From Planctomycetota bacterium (GTDB lineage: Bacteria; Planctomycetota; B15-G4): DNA of 64,000 bases. Within the stretch, counting starts at the first letter, position 1. The number at the start of each line of letters is the position of its first letter. Where the stretch lies: NCBI GenBank assembly GCA_965248575.1, contig CBDFJQ010000002.1, forward strand, positions 4,992,001 to 5,056,000, given 5' to 3'. The notes beneath the pieces were generated by a model that was not told where the DNA came from, ran no database searches, and worked only from the letters and a program-made list of their open reading frames with translations. This document shows positions 28,285 to 36,615 of this stretch, piece after piece. The translations under genes were made by a program, and so were the position numbers.

Positions 28285-29480
28285 ACGGAGCCCCGTGGGG
28301 GTGCCCCAGGGTCGACACGGATTGAGGGGAGATCGTCGGCGAAGAGTGGGTGAGCGCGCGCGGCGACGGAGGCGACTCCACGCAGTTTCCCGCCCTCCAT
28401 CAATAGGATCTGCTCAGCGAGGTTGACGGTCGTGCACACGTGCCGCGGTACGAGCAGCAGCTCGTCTCCGCGCTGAGGGGTGGGGCCGCTCGTCACCTGC
28501 AAGGGAAGATGTTCTTCGCTGGGAGGCTGGGCTACGAGCTCAGGTCGGCCCAGGGCGAAGGCCGCGGGGTCACCGGCATCGGCCGAGATGGACTTGGCGC
28601 CAGCATCGCAGGTCACGCTGTTGCTCTTCGGCTGGCTGACAATGCGTGAGAACAGCAGGGCTGCGGGCGCCAGGTCGAGGTCGGGGTTCTCCTCCTCCGA
28701 GCGCTGGTCGTGCAAGACGACAGTGCCGGGTGAGACCTGGTGCAGGCAGCCCTCCATGGACTCGAAGGGCGTGTACTGCATGGCCAGTCGAAAGGTCGGG
28801 GTTCCGCTGGTGATGATCTCTGCCACCTGGATCCCGCGTTCGCCGAGCTGCTGGACGAGCTGCATGAGCCCGTCGTAGGCCTCAAAGGCCTGGGTGCGCC
28901 TTTGGGCCAGCTCTCCGTGCAGGTGTCCATCGTAGAAGTGGACACCACGAAACCGGGGACCTGCCGCAGCGGCAACGGCATGGATGCTCTCCCTGGCGGA
29001 GAGCGGTAGGCCGGTGCGATGCATGCCCGGGTTGACGTCCACGAAGACACCGATGTTGGCCGGAAGCTGCGCGGCGGTCTGGGCGTCTTCGCACAGCACG
29101 GAGACCTTGGCCTGGGGATGTCGGCTGGCGATTGTGTGCAGGGCTCCCAGCGCGGGGCCCACGAGGGGATAGGCCACCAGCACGTCGCCATGGGACACGC
29201 CCTCGTGGTCGAGGGTCTGCAGGAGCACGTCGAGCTCCCGGGTCGTTGCGCACTTGAAGCGGCGCACGCCTTCCCGCACGAGCTGCTGGAAGATCTCGGG
29301 GGTCTTGGTGGTCTTGACGTGCGGTCGCCAGCGCTCGGGCCCCCGGGTCAGGGCGAGCACGGTGCGGACATTGTCTCGCACCCGGTCCAGGTAGATCACG
29401 AGCGCGGGCGACAGCAGCTGGTCACGGACCTCCGCGGGGAGGGCGTAGTCGGCGGGGTCCAGGGAGGCAAGGCGAGGCAT
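28281..29480 (-). CDS. D-threonine aldolase / D-serine dehydratase-like PLP enzyme (alanine-racemase fold)
   Basis: SPALVI, RPHVKTTK, FKCAT..E, DVNPGMHRTG, YDGH, SGTPTF, DAGAKSISAD, SEEH, PRHVCTTVNL. Confidence 0.88.
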   Translation of the reverse strand: MPRLASLDPADYALPAEVRDQLLSPALVIYLDRVRDNVRTVLALTRGPERWRPHVKTTKTPEIFQQLVREGVRRFKCATTRELDVLLQTLDHEGVSHGDVLVAYPLVGPALGALHTIASRHPQAKVSVLCEDAQTAAQLPANIGVFVDVNPGMHRTGLPLSARESIHAVAAAAGPRFRGVHFYDGHLHGELAQRRTQAFEAYDGLMQLVQQLGERGIQVAEIITSGTPTFRLAMQYTPFESMEGCLHQVSPGTVVLHDQRSEEENPDLDLAPAALLFSRIVSQPKSNSVTCDAGAKSISADAGDPAAFALGRPELVAQPPSEEHLPLQVTSGPTPQRGDELLLVPRHVCTTVNLAEQILLMEGGKLRGVASVAARAHPLFADDLPSIRVDPGAPPRGSV

Positions 29481-29551
29481 GGCGAAGGAGCAGCTTCCTC
29501 AGGAGCGGGGGGCGAACGCACAAAGGTACCCCGTCCCCTATCGCCTCAGCT

Positions 29552-30742
29552 TCAACTCGTCTCGAGGGAGGCGTGAATCCGGGCATAGGATGCAAAGCGG
29601 CTGGCCGCTATGAGTCCGCTGTCGACCCCCTGGCGGACGCCGCACTCCGGCTCGACCAGATGGCTGCAGTCCCGGTATCGACATGCGCTTGCGCACTCCG
29701 CGAAGTCCGGAAAGGCGTGTCGGAGCGCCTCCCGATCCATGTCCCAGAGGCCGAAGGCCCGCACTCCCGGCGTATCGATGACTTCCGTGCTGTTGGGCAG
29801 GATGGTGAGGGTGGAGTGGGTTGTCGTGTGGCGACCCTTTCCATCTCCCTCACGCCCTGCACGGGTTTGCCGCTCGCCGTGTGGGTCCAGGGCGTTCAAG
29901 AGCGATGACTTGCCCACACCGCTGTGGCCCACGAAGACGGAGCGCTTTCCCTGCAGGTGCCGACCCAAGTCACCGAGGCCCTCCCCGGACTCGGCGGAGA
30001 GAAGCAGGGTCGGGACATCGAGGGCGGCGTAGGGCTGGAAGGCATCGCGAATGCTCGCGCGCTCTGCAGCGGACACGAGGTCGATCTTGTTGGCGACCAC
30101 TAGCGGTGCCACGCCCTCCTCTCCCAACGCGACGAGGAACCGGTCGACCAGGCCAGGCTTGAAGGCCGGCCGCCGGGCGGCCAGGACCAGCACGGCCACG
30201 TCGATGTTGGCTGCGAGCAGGCGTCTTCGGTGAGCGTTGCCTGGGTCTGGTCGCGAGAGGCTGCTGCGGCGGGCTTCGACGTGCACGACACGGGGGTGAT
30301 TGTCGACCCCTTGGACTCGGACGATGTCACCAACTGCCAGTGCGCTTTGCTGAACCATGGCCAAGTCTGGCGACAACTCGGCGTCCACGATGCCACCGGG
30401 AAGGTTGACCTCGGCACGCCCACGTCCCAAGCAGAGGACGCAGCCTCGAACGGTGGTGGAGTTGTCAGCTTCCCGTGTTGCCGGAGTGTCAGGAGATCTC
30501 TTGATCTGCCTGCTTTCTTGGTTGTCCTTGCGGCTCATCTGTTCCAAGGGAGCCACGTCGTCTGTCGTGTCCAACCAATCGTGCTGGCGAGGTGGTTTGG
30601 CGAGGCGCGCGTTCTTGCGTTGTCGCGATTGTTCCTTGAGTCGTTTGTTGTCTTCGGGTTTGCGGCGATTCTCGAAGTGCTTCTCGATCATGGCCTTCTG
30701 CTTCTTCCGGGATTTGCCGGAACGCTTGTGGAACTCAGTCAA
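29552..30742 (-). CDS. rsgA: Ribosome small subunit-dependent GTPase A with basic N-terminal extension
   Basis: AVGD, LAANID, NKIDL, GHSGVGKSSLLN, GRHTTT, DTPGVR, CRYRDCSHLVEPEC Zn finger; TTG start. Confidence 0.92.
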   Translation of the reverse strand: MTEFHKRSGKSRKKQKAMIEKHFENRRKPEDNKRLKEQSRQRKNARLAKPPRQHDWLDTTDDVAPLEQMSRKDNQESRQIKRSPDTPATREADNSTTVRGCVLCLGRGRAEVNLPGGIVDAELSPDLAMVQQSALAVGDIVRVQGVDNHPRVVHVEARRSSLSRPDPGNAHRRRLLAANIDVAVLVLAARRPAFKPGLVDRFLVALGEEGVAPLVVANKIDLVSAAERASIRDAFQPYAALDVPTLLLSAESGEGLGDLGRHLQGKRSVFVGHSGVGKSSLLNALDPHGERQTRAGREGDGKGRHTTTHSTLTILPNSTEVIDTPGVRAFGLWDMDREALRHAFPDFAECASACRYRDCSHLVEPECGVRQGVDSGLIAASRFASYARIHASLETS

Positions 30743-30926
30743 TGGATCAGTCTCAGGTCGTGCGGAAGCTGGTTCGAGCTCCAGCGCAGTCCACGGGCAG
30801 CGGTCTGGGATCCAGACCCGCTAACGGCAGGGCAGCGAGAAACTCAGGGGCCGAAGCGCGGCGCGTGGCCAGCGACTTCGGAGCACTCCACAGGGCGCGA
30901 GACGGGAGGCCGGCTCAGGCGCCGAC

Positions 30927-30977
30927 TCAGGCCCAGGTGGAGGCGCGAAGGACGACAAGGGCAGTGGTCTTGGTCAT
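30927..30977 (-). CDS. Putative leader peptide MTKTTALVVLRASTWA upstream of rsgA
   Basis: Minus strand AGGAGGAG-CCCCG-ATG ACC AAG ACC ACT GCC CTT GTC GTC CTT CGC GCC TCC ACC TGG GCC TGA; ends 184 nt upstream of rsgA with hairpins in between. Confidence 0.55.
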   Translation of the reverse strand: MTKTTALVVLRASTWA

Positions 30978-31361
30978 CGGGGCTCCTCCTCGGTCGATCG
31001 GCTCGGTCTTGGTCCAGGCCCTGCCCGTCTGCTTCGCAGGTGGGAAAGCCGGACGCTCAAATCTGCCCGTGAGTGCCGTTCAAGCGGTTCTGCGGGCGCG
31101 AGGGATCAAAACTATCGCTCGTTGGCCGTCTGTGCAATGACGCAAATCGAGCCCAACGCACCCCGAGCTGGAGGCTCGCCCGCTTCTGGAACGTCAAACG
31201 GGGGAGTTGAGAGATCCCTGATTCCGTCATAAGGTGGGCGTCGCGTCACTCACCCCGCCAGCGGCCGTCGCCCGAATCGTCGGTCCGCAATCTTGGCGGC
31301 TCTCCCCTGAGTGACCTCTCCCGAAGCCTCGACGTTTCTCTCCCCGAACCGGAATCCGCCC

Positions 31362-33182
31362 ATGGGTGCCCGTGTGTCTTCACTTTCAGTCCGTTCCCTG
31401 CTGTTGGCTAGTGCGTGCGTGTTCGCTGCGCCCACGGGCCTGCTCGCGCAGGAGATCCAAGGCGCTTTGCCTGAGACTCTCAGCGACAGCGTCAATCGCC
31501 AACTCGACCTCACCGAGAGTGCGATCTTCTCACTTGCTGTGAGCGGCGAGCCGGGGCAAGCCATCCGCACCACCGTCCCCTTGCACGGTGTGCCCTTCAC
31601 GCTGGACCTGGCCCCGCATTCCACACGTTCGGAAGTCTCCTACCAGGTCCTGGTCCAGGGCGCTGACGGAAACATGACGGAGGCAGAACCATCGCCCGTG
31701 CTGACCTTGCGCGGAACCGTGGTCGGCATGCCCGGCAGCGTGGTGGCCGGAACCTACGATGAGCTCGGCGGATTGTACGCCCGCATTCGTTTCGAAGAGA
31801 CCGAAGAAGAGTTCTGGGTCGAGCAGCTGTCGGCCAAGCTCGACGGCTTCGCTCCAGACCTGCACGTGGTCTACAGCAGCGACGCCGTCATCTCCTCCCT
31901 GGGACAGTGTGGCGTCACGGCGCTGCCGACCATCGACAAGAGCCACGTCCACGGCGGCAAGGAGTTCGGTGGGGCTCCCGCATGTGGCGTCGGGCTCTGC
32001 CTGGCTCAGCTCGGCTGCGATGCCGACTTCCAGTACTTTCAGCAGAACGGTGCGAGCGTCGGCTCCGTCGAGAGCAAGATCAACACGATCATCAACCTGA
32101 TGAACGTGCAGTACGAATCCGAAGTCGACATCCGGCACGACATCACGGCGATCGTGGTGCGGACGGGCGAACCCGATCCGTACAACGGCGGCTCGATCAA
32201 CGACCTGCTCAGCCAGTTGCGTTCCGAGTGGCAGGGTCCGCTGAGCGGCACACCGCACGATGTGGCCCAGTTGTTCACAGGCACGAACCTGAGTGGCGGC
32301 GTGATCGGACTCGCCTGGCTCAGTGGCGTGTGCGGCAACCTGCGCTACTCGGTGGTGGAGGACTTCACGAGCTCCATGGCCTGCCTCACGGACCTTTCGG
32401 CCCACGAGCTCGGCCACAACTGGGGTGCTGGGCACTGCTCTTGTTCCGGCAACACGATGAACGCGTCCATCACCTGCGCGAACAATTTCTCCAGCGGCAC
32501 CATCAACACCATCTCCAACAAGCGTGATTCGGTGAACTGCCTTAACGGTGGTGGGCCACCAGCTTCCGACTTTTTGGCGGACAAGCTGACCGGAGGCTTC
32601 CCGCTCAAGGTGCGCTTCACGGACGCCTCGGACGGCGCCTACACGACCTGGGCCTGGAACTTCGGTGATGGTGGAACGTCTACCGACGACAACCCCTCTC
32701 ACATCTATGGCGCCAAGGGCACCTACACGGTGAGCTTGACCGTCTCGGGGCCTGCTGGTTCGGACACCCTGACCAGGGTGGACTACATCGACGTCACCGA
32801 TCAGGTTCTCGATTTCACCGACCTGGGTGGTGGCACCGGTTGGCAGTTCGGCATCGTTCCGGAGCTCGAAGCCTCGAGCTCACTGGTGGCTGGGCAGTCC
32901 TTCGATCTGCTGCTCCAGACGGCACCACCAAATGCCGTGAGCCTGGCGTGGATCTCCTTTGCCTCCACACCGCTCAATGTCTTGGGTGGAACGATCCACG
33001 CGAACCCGCCGTCGAACCAGCTGTTCTTCCCCACCAACTTCCTGGGGGCCTTGAATCTTTCGACTACATGGCCGGCTGGCGTGCCTGCTGGGACGGAGCT
33101 GTACATCCAGTTCTTGATCGGCCACCCCGCGGCTCAGGACGGCATTTCGTTGTCCAACGGCATCACGGCGATCACTCCCTGA
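31362..33182 (+). CDS. Secreted M12B/reprolysin-like zinc metalloprotease with PKD domain and shared C-terminal domain (paralog 1)
   Basis: HELGHNWGAGH metzincin motif, Met-turn TMN, GVIGLAW; PKD FTDAS..WNFGDG..GTYTVSLTV. Confidence 0.9.
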   Translation: MGARVSSLSVRSLLLASACVFAAPTGLLAQEIQGALPETLSDSVNRQLDLTESAIFSLAVSGEPGQAIRTTVPLHGVPFTLDLAPHSTRSEVSYQVLVQGADGNMTEAEPSPVLTLRGTVVGMPGSVVAGTYDELGGLYARIRFEETEEEFWVEQLSAKLDGFAPDLHVVYSSDAVISSLGQCGVTALPTIDKSHVHGGKEFGGAPACGVGLCLAQLGCDADFQYFQQNGASVGSVESKINTIINLMNVQYESEVDIRHDITAIVVRTGEPDPYNGGSINDLLSQLRSEWQGPLSGTPHDVAQLFTGTNLSGGVIGLAWLSGVCGNLRYSVVEDFTSSMACLTDLSAHELGHNWGAGHCSCSGNTMNASITCANNFSSGTINTISNKRDSVNCLNGGGPPASDFLADKLTGGFPLKVRFTDASDGAYTTWAWNFGDGGTSTDDNPSHIYGAKGTYTVSLTVSGPAGSDTLTRVDYIDVTDQVLDFTDLGGGTGWQFGIVPELEASSSLVAGQSFDLLLQTAPPNAVSLAWISFASTPLNVLGGTIHANPPSNQLFFPTNFLGALNLSTTWPAGVPAGTELYIQFLIGHPAAQDGISLSNGITAITP

Positions 33183-33227
33183 TCTTCGTAGCCCGAACCC
33201 CACGTCCCTTCGCGACGTGTTTGTGCG

Positions 33228-33270
33228 GGGGCCGGGAGTCAGCCTGAAGGACGGCATGACTCCCGGCTCC
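33228..33270. terminator. Intergenic hairpin between the two M12B paralogs
   Basis: GGGGCCGGGAGTCA (33228-33241) / TGACTCCCGGCTCC (33257-33270); no clear U-tract. Confidence 0.45.
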
Positions 33271-33305
33271 CGCCGTCGACCTTCTCCCGACCTTGGTGCC
33301 TCGAC

Positions 33306-35132
33306 ATGTTCCATTCCATGGCCTCCTTGTTCCGTCGCCACGCCTTGCCTTGTAGCTTGGCCGCGGCCGCGTTCCTTGTCGTGCAGCAGCCCCTCATGGG
33401 TCAGCTTTCCAGCCCCGACCCCGTTCGCACTGCGCTGACCTCCCAGCTGGCCCAGGACCTGAACGATGGCCTGGGTCTGGCGGAGAGTGATCTCTTCTCC
33501 TTGATCGTCCGAGGCGCGCCTGGGGAGCCCATCACGGCAATGATTCCGTTGGAGGGCAACGACTTCACCCTCGATCTCGCGCCCCACTCGACCCGGTCTG
33601 CGTCCAACTACAAGCTGCTTGTGCAGGGCGCTGACGGCCAGTTGACGGAGACCACGCCGAACCCCGTGCGCACCTTGCGCGGTACGGTGAAGGAGATCCC
33701 TGGAAGCAAGGTCGCCGCGAGCTTCGACGAGAACGGCGGGTTGTACGCCCGCATCCAGGTCCCGGGCGAGGCGTCCGACTACTGGGTCGAGCAGGTGTCC
33801 ATGACCCTCGCGGGGACCACGGCGGATGTGCATGTGAGCTACCGCGGGTCCGACGTGGTGGGGGATGGTTCCACTTGTGGAGTGAACGCTTTGCCCGCAT
33901 CGAGCCCCGGCCAGATCGCCTTGGGCAGCGGCTGTGGTACGGGCCTGTGTGTGGCTGAGCTCGGCTGTGACTCCGACGTGGAGTATTACCAGGACTACGG
34001 CAGCAGCGTGTCCAACGTCGAGAATCGCATCAACGCCATCATCAACGCGATGAACATGCAGTACGAAGACGACGCGGGCTTGCGACACGACATCACGTCC
34101 ATCGTGGTCAGGACCTCGGAGCCGGATCCGTACAGCAGCAACGACATCAGCAACCTCCTGACCCAGTTGCGCAGCCAATGGCTTGGGCCGTTGTCGGGCA
34201 CGCCGCACGACGTGGCGCAGCTGTTCACCGGTCGCAGCATCAGCGGCAGCACCATCGGTTTGGCCTGGTTGGGTTCGGTCTGCAACAGCCAGCGCTACTC
34301 CGTCGTGGAGAACTTCACGAACAGCTTTGGTTGTCTGACCGATCTCTCGGCCCATGAGCTGGGACACAACTGGGGTGCCGGGCACTGCAGTTGTTCCAAC
34401 TTCACCATGAACCCATCCATCACCTGCTCGAACCAGTTCTCGAACGGCTCGATCGCAGCGATCACGGGCACGAAGATCTCGGTTGGCTGCCTCTCGCCAG
34501 CTGGACCTCCCGAAGTCAGCTTCAACGCCAGCTTCACCAGCGGGCCCGCTCCTCTGGCGGTGTTGTTCACCAACACGTCCGGCGGCGAGGTCACGAGCTG
34601 GTTGTGGAACTTCGGGGACGGCAACACGTCCACGCAGTCTGACTTGACGCAAATCTACAACACGCCGGGGACCTACACCGTGTCCCTGACGGGCACAGGC
34701 CCCATGGGTGTCGATACGGAGACCAAGCTGAACCTGGTCACGGTCGGCGAGCCCTTGGTTGTGTTCGATGACCTGGGCGGTGGCACGGCCAGCCCCTTTT
34801 TCGGTGTGCCTGACCTGAGCGCGTCCGGTCCGCTGACGGCTGGCTCCACCCTTGACGTCCTGTTGAAGCAGGCTCCGCCGAACACGCTTAGCTTGGCGTG
34901 GATCGCCTTCAACTCGGTGCCTGCTCCGGCCTTTGGCGGCACCCTCTTCGCCAACCCGCCGGCCCAGCAGTTGTTCTTTCCGACGAGCTTGTTCGGGACG
35001 GTGATGCTCAGCACCGGCTGGCCAGCCGGCGTTCCCGTTGGCCTGGACATCTACCTGCAGTTCCTGGTCCAGGACTTCGCCGTGGTGGGTGGGGTCAGCT
35101 TGTCGAACGCCGTCCACGGCGTGACTCCCTGA
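33306..35132 (+). CDS. Secreted M12B/reprolysin-like zinc metalloprotease with PKD domain and shared C-terminal domain (paralog 2)
   Basis: HELGHNWGAGH, TMNP, WNFGDG; colinear with paralog 1. Start may be 33318. Confidence 0.9.
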   Translation: MFHSMASLFRRHALPCSLAAAAFLVVQQPLMGQLSSPDPVRTALTSQLAQDLNDGLGLAESDLFSLIVRGAPGEPITAMIPLEGNDFTLDLAPHSTRSASNYKLLVQGADGQLTETTPNPVRTLRGTVKEIPGSKVAASFDENGGLYARIQVPGEASDYWVEQVSMTLAGTTADVHVSYRGSDVVGDGSTCGVNALPASSPGQIALGSGCGTGLCVAELGCDSDVEYYQDYGSSVSNVENRINAIINAMNMQYEDDAGLRHDITSIVVRTSEPDPYSSNDISNLLTQLRSQWLGPLSGTPHDVAQLFTGRSISGSTIGLAWLGSVCNSQRYSVVENFTNSFGCLTDLSAHELGHNWGAGHCSCSNFTMNPSITCSNQFSNGSIAAITGTKISVGCLSPAGPPEVSFNASFTSGPAPLAVLFTNTSGGEVTSWLWNFGDGNTSTQSDLTQIYNTPGTYTVSLTGTGPMGVDTETKLNLVTVGEPLVVFDDLGGGTASPFFGVPDLSASGPLTAGSTLDVLLKQAPPNTLSLAWIAFNSVPAPAFGGTLFANPPAQQLFFPTSLFGTVMLSTGWPAGVPVGLDIYLQFLVQDFAVVGGVSLSNAVHGVTP

Positions 35133-35158
35133 CGGGCATTCCTAGGGTCGAGCACCGC

Positions 35159-35199
35159 AGCCGCACACCCCGTCTGTCTGCACGGCGGGGTGTGCGGCT
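35159..35199 (+). terminator. Hairpin downstream of paralog 2, probable terminator
   Basis: AGCCGCACACCCCG pairs with CGGGGTGTGCGGCT. Confidence 0.55.
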
Positions 35200-35215
35200 T
35201 GCTAAGCTCCCAGCC

Positions 35216-35821
35216 ATGCGTACCGCCTGTCTCGGTCTCGCTCTACTGCTCTGGGGATGCGGAGCACTCGCCCCTGAGCACGGGGTGGATAGGCCGTCCG
35301 CGTCCGGGAGCTCGCCCACCATGTCCGACGTCCCCTTTGCCGAGTTCGTAGACGTCTCAGGTGTCGAGCATGTTGCGCGGCTCTCCCCTGTGTTCTACCG
35401 AGGGGCACAGCCCGAGGGCGTGGAGGGATACAGCGCCCTAGAGCGGCTCGGAATCCGCACGGTCATCAGCCTGCGTCAATTCCACAGTGGTCGGAAGGAC
35501 GCCGAGGCTGCCGGGCTGAAGTACTACCGCCTGCCCGTTCAAGCCAGCGTGCTCGGTTCGGAACCTCCCGAGGAGGAACAGGTAGAGCGCTTTTTCCAAC
35601 TGGTGCTCGACCCAGCCCATCAACCTGTCTTCATCCACTGCATGACCGGCAAGGACCGGACGGGCACCTTGAGCGCGTTGTACCGGATGGAAGTGGACGG
35701 CTGGTCCCATCAGCAAGCGGAGGCGGAGCTGCTCGCCTTCGGATACCACACGATCTACGACGACCTGATCCGCTACGTGCGCGAATACCGACCGCGTGGT
35801 TTCGCGCCAGCCAAGCCCTGA
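35216..35821 (+). CDS. Dual-specificity/tyrosine phosphatase family lipoprotein
   Basis: Lipobox LWGC; YRGAQP, GIRTVISLR, PVFIHCMTGKDRTG (CX5R). Confidence 0.88.
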   Translation: MRTACLGLALLLWGCGALAPEHGVDRPSASGSSPTMSDVPFAEFVDVSGVEHVARLSPVFYRGAQPEGVEGYSALERLGIRTVISLRQFHSGRKDAEAAGLKYYRLPVQASVLGSEPPEEEQVERFFQLVLDPAHQPVFIHCMTGKDRTGTLSALYRMEVDGWSHQQAEAELLAFGYHTIYDDLIRYVREYRPRGFAPAKP

Positions 35822-35837
35822 TCCGAGCCCTGCCCGC

Positions 35838-36401
35838 GTGACCAGCACCGAACTCTTCACCACCCTGCCGACGCCCAGCGACGACGCACCCTGTGGCGTC
35901 ACGGTCCTCGCCAGGTTCATCGATGGACTTGGGTTCCGCTACCGCTGGGCGACCGATGGCCTGGAGCGGCAGGATCTCGCCTTTCGTCCCTGCGAGAGCT
36001 CCATGGATCTCGGCGAACTTCTCGACCATGAGCGCTTCCTCGCGCGCTGGATGCGCGTCAACGTGGGCGCCGCCCTGAAGGGCTCCGAACCGGTGACATA
36101 TCCGGAGTGCTGTCAGGGTCTCTCCGATCCCGGCGGCGACCCGGCCCTGCTCATCGAGCAGACGTTGATTGCTCTCTCGGAGTTGCGGCAGGACATCCTG
36201 GCACTTGGAGATGAGGGGTTGCGGCGCGTGACCCTGATCGGCGGCAAGGAGCCCACGTCCTTCCCCGTCTGGAACATGATGAACGGTCCTCTGGCCGACG
36301 CCTTGACCCACGTGGGGCAGGTGACCTCTTGGCGCCGGATCCTCGGAAAGCCGGTTCCGCGCCACGATGTCTTCCGGGGACGACCGCCGCGCCCCAGCTG
36401 A
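35838..36401 (+). CDS. DinB-like four-helix-bundle protein
   Basis: RFIDGLGFRYRWATDGL..FRP..ELLDH and FPVWNMMNGPLADALTHVGQV..WRR. Confidence 0.7.
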   Translation: MTSTELFTTLPTPSDDAPCGVTVLARFIDGLGFRYRWATDGLERQDLAFRPCESSMDLGELLDHERFLARWMRVNVGAALKGSEPVTYPECCQGLSDPGGDPALLIEQTLIALSELRQDILALGDEGLRRVTLIGGKEPTSFPVWNMMNGPLADALTHVGQVTSWRRILGKPVPRHDVFRGRPPRPS

Positions 36402-36615
36402 GGCGACAGAAGCCATACGCACATCGCACCGTTTTTGCCTCGGACCCTGCGGAGCCCCCAGGGGATGACGGAGATGTCGCCGTTGAAACGTTGACGCGAT
36501 GCCCCTCTGAGGGCGACCCTGAAGGGCTCCAGGCGTCACCCACGGCGTCGACTCAGTCCTCAAGTCCGGCCTCGGCTGGGCCGATCGCATAGGCTTTTTC
36601 CGGAGCTGTCTTGTC

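Noticed and set aside
30742..31140. 132-aa plus-strand ORF between rsgA and the protease gene
   Set aside because: No RBS or domain; the region is better explained as a divergent promoter/leader.
32880..35117. 745-aa minus-strand ORF
   Set aside because: Antisense to the M12B protease genes; no domain signal.
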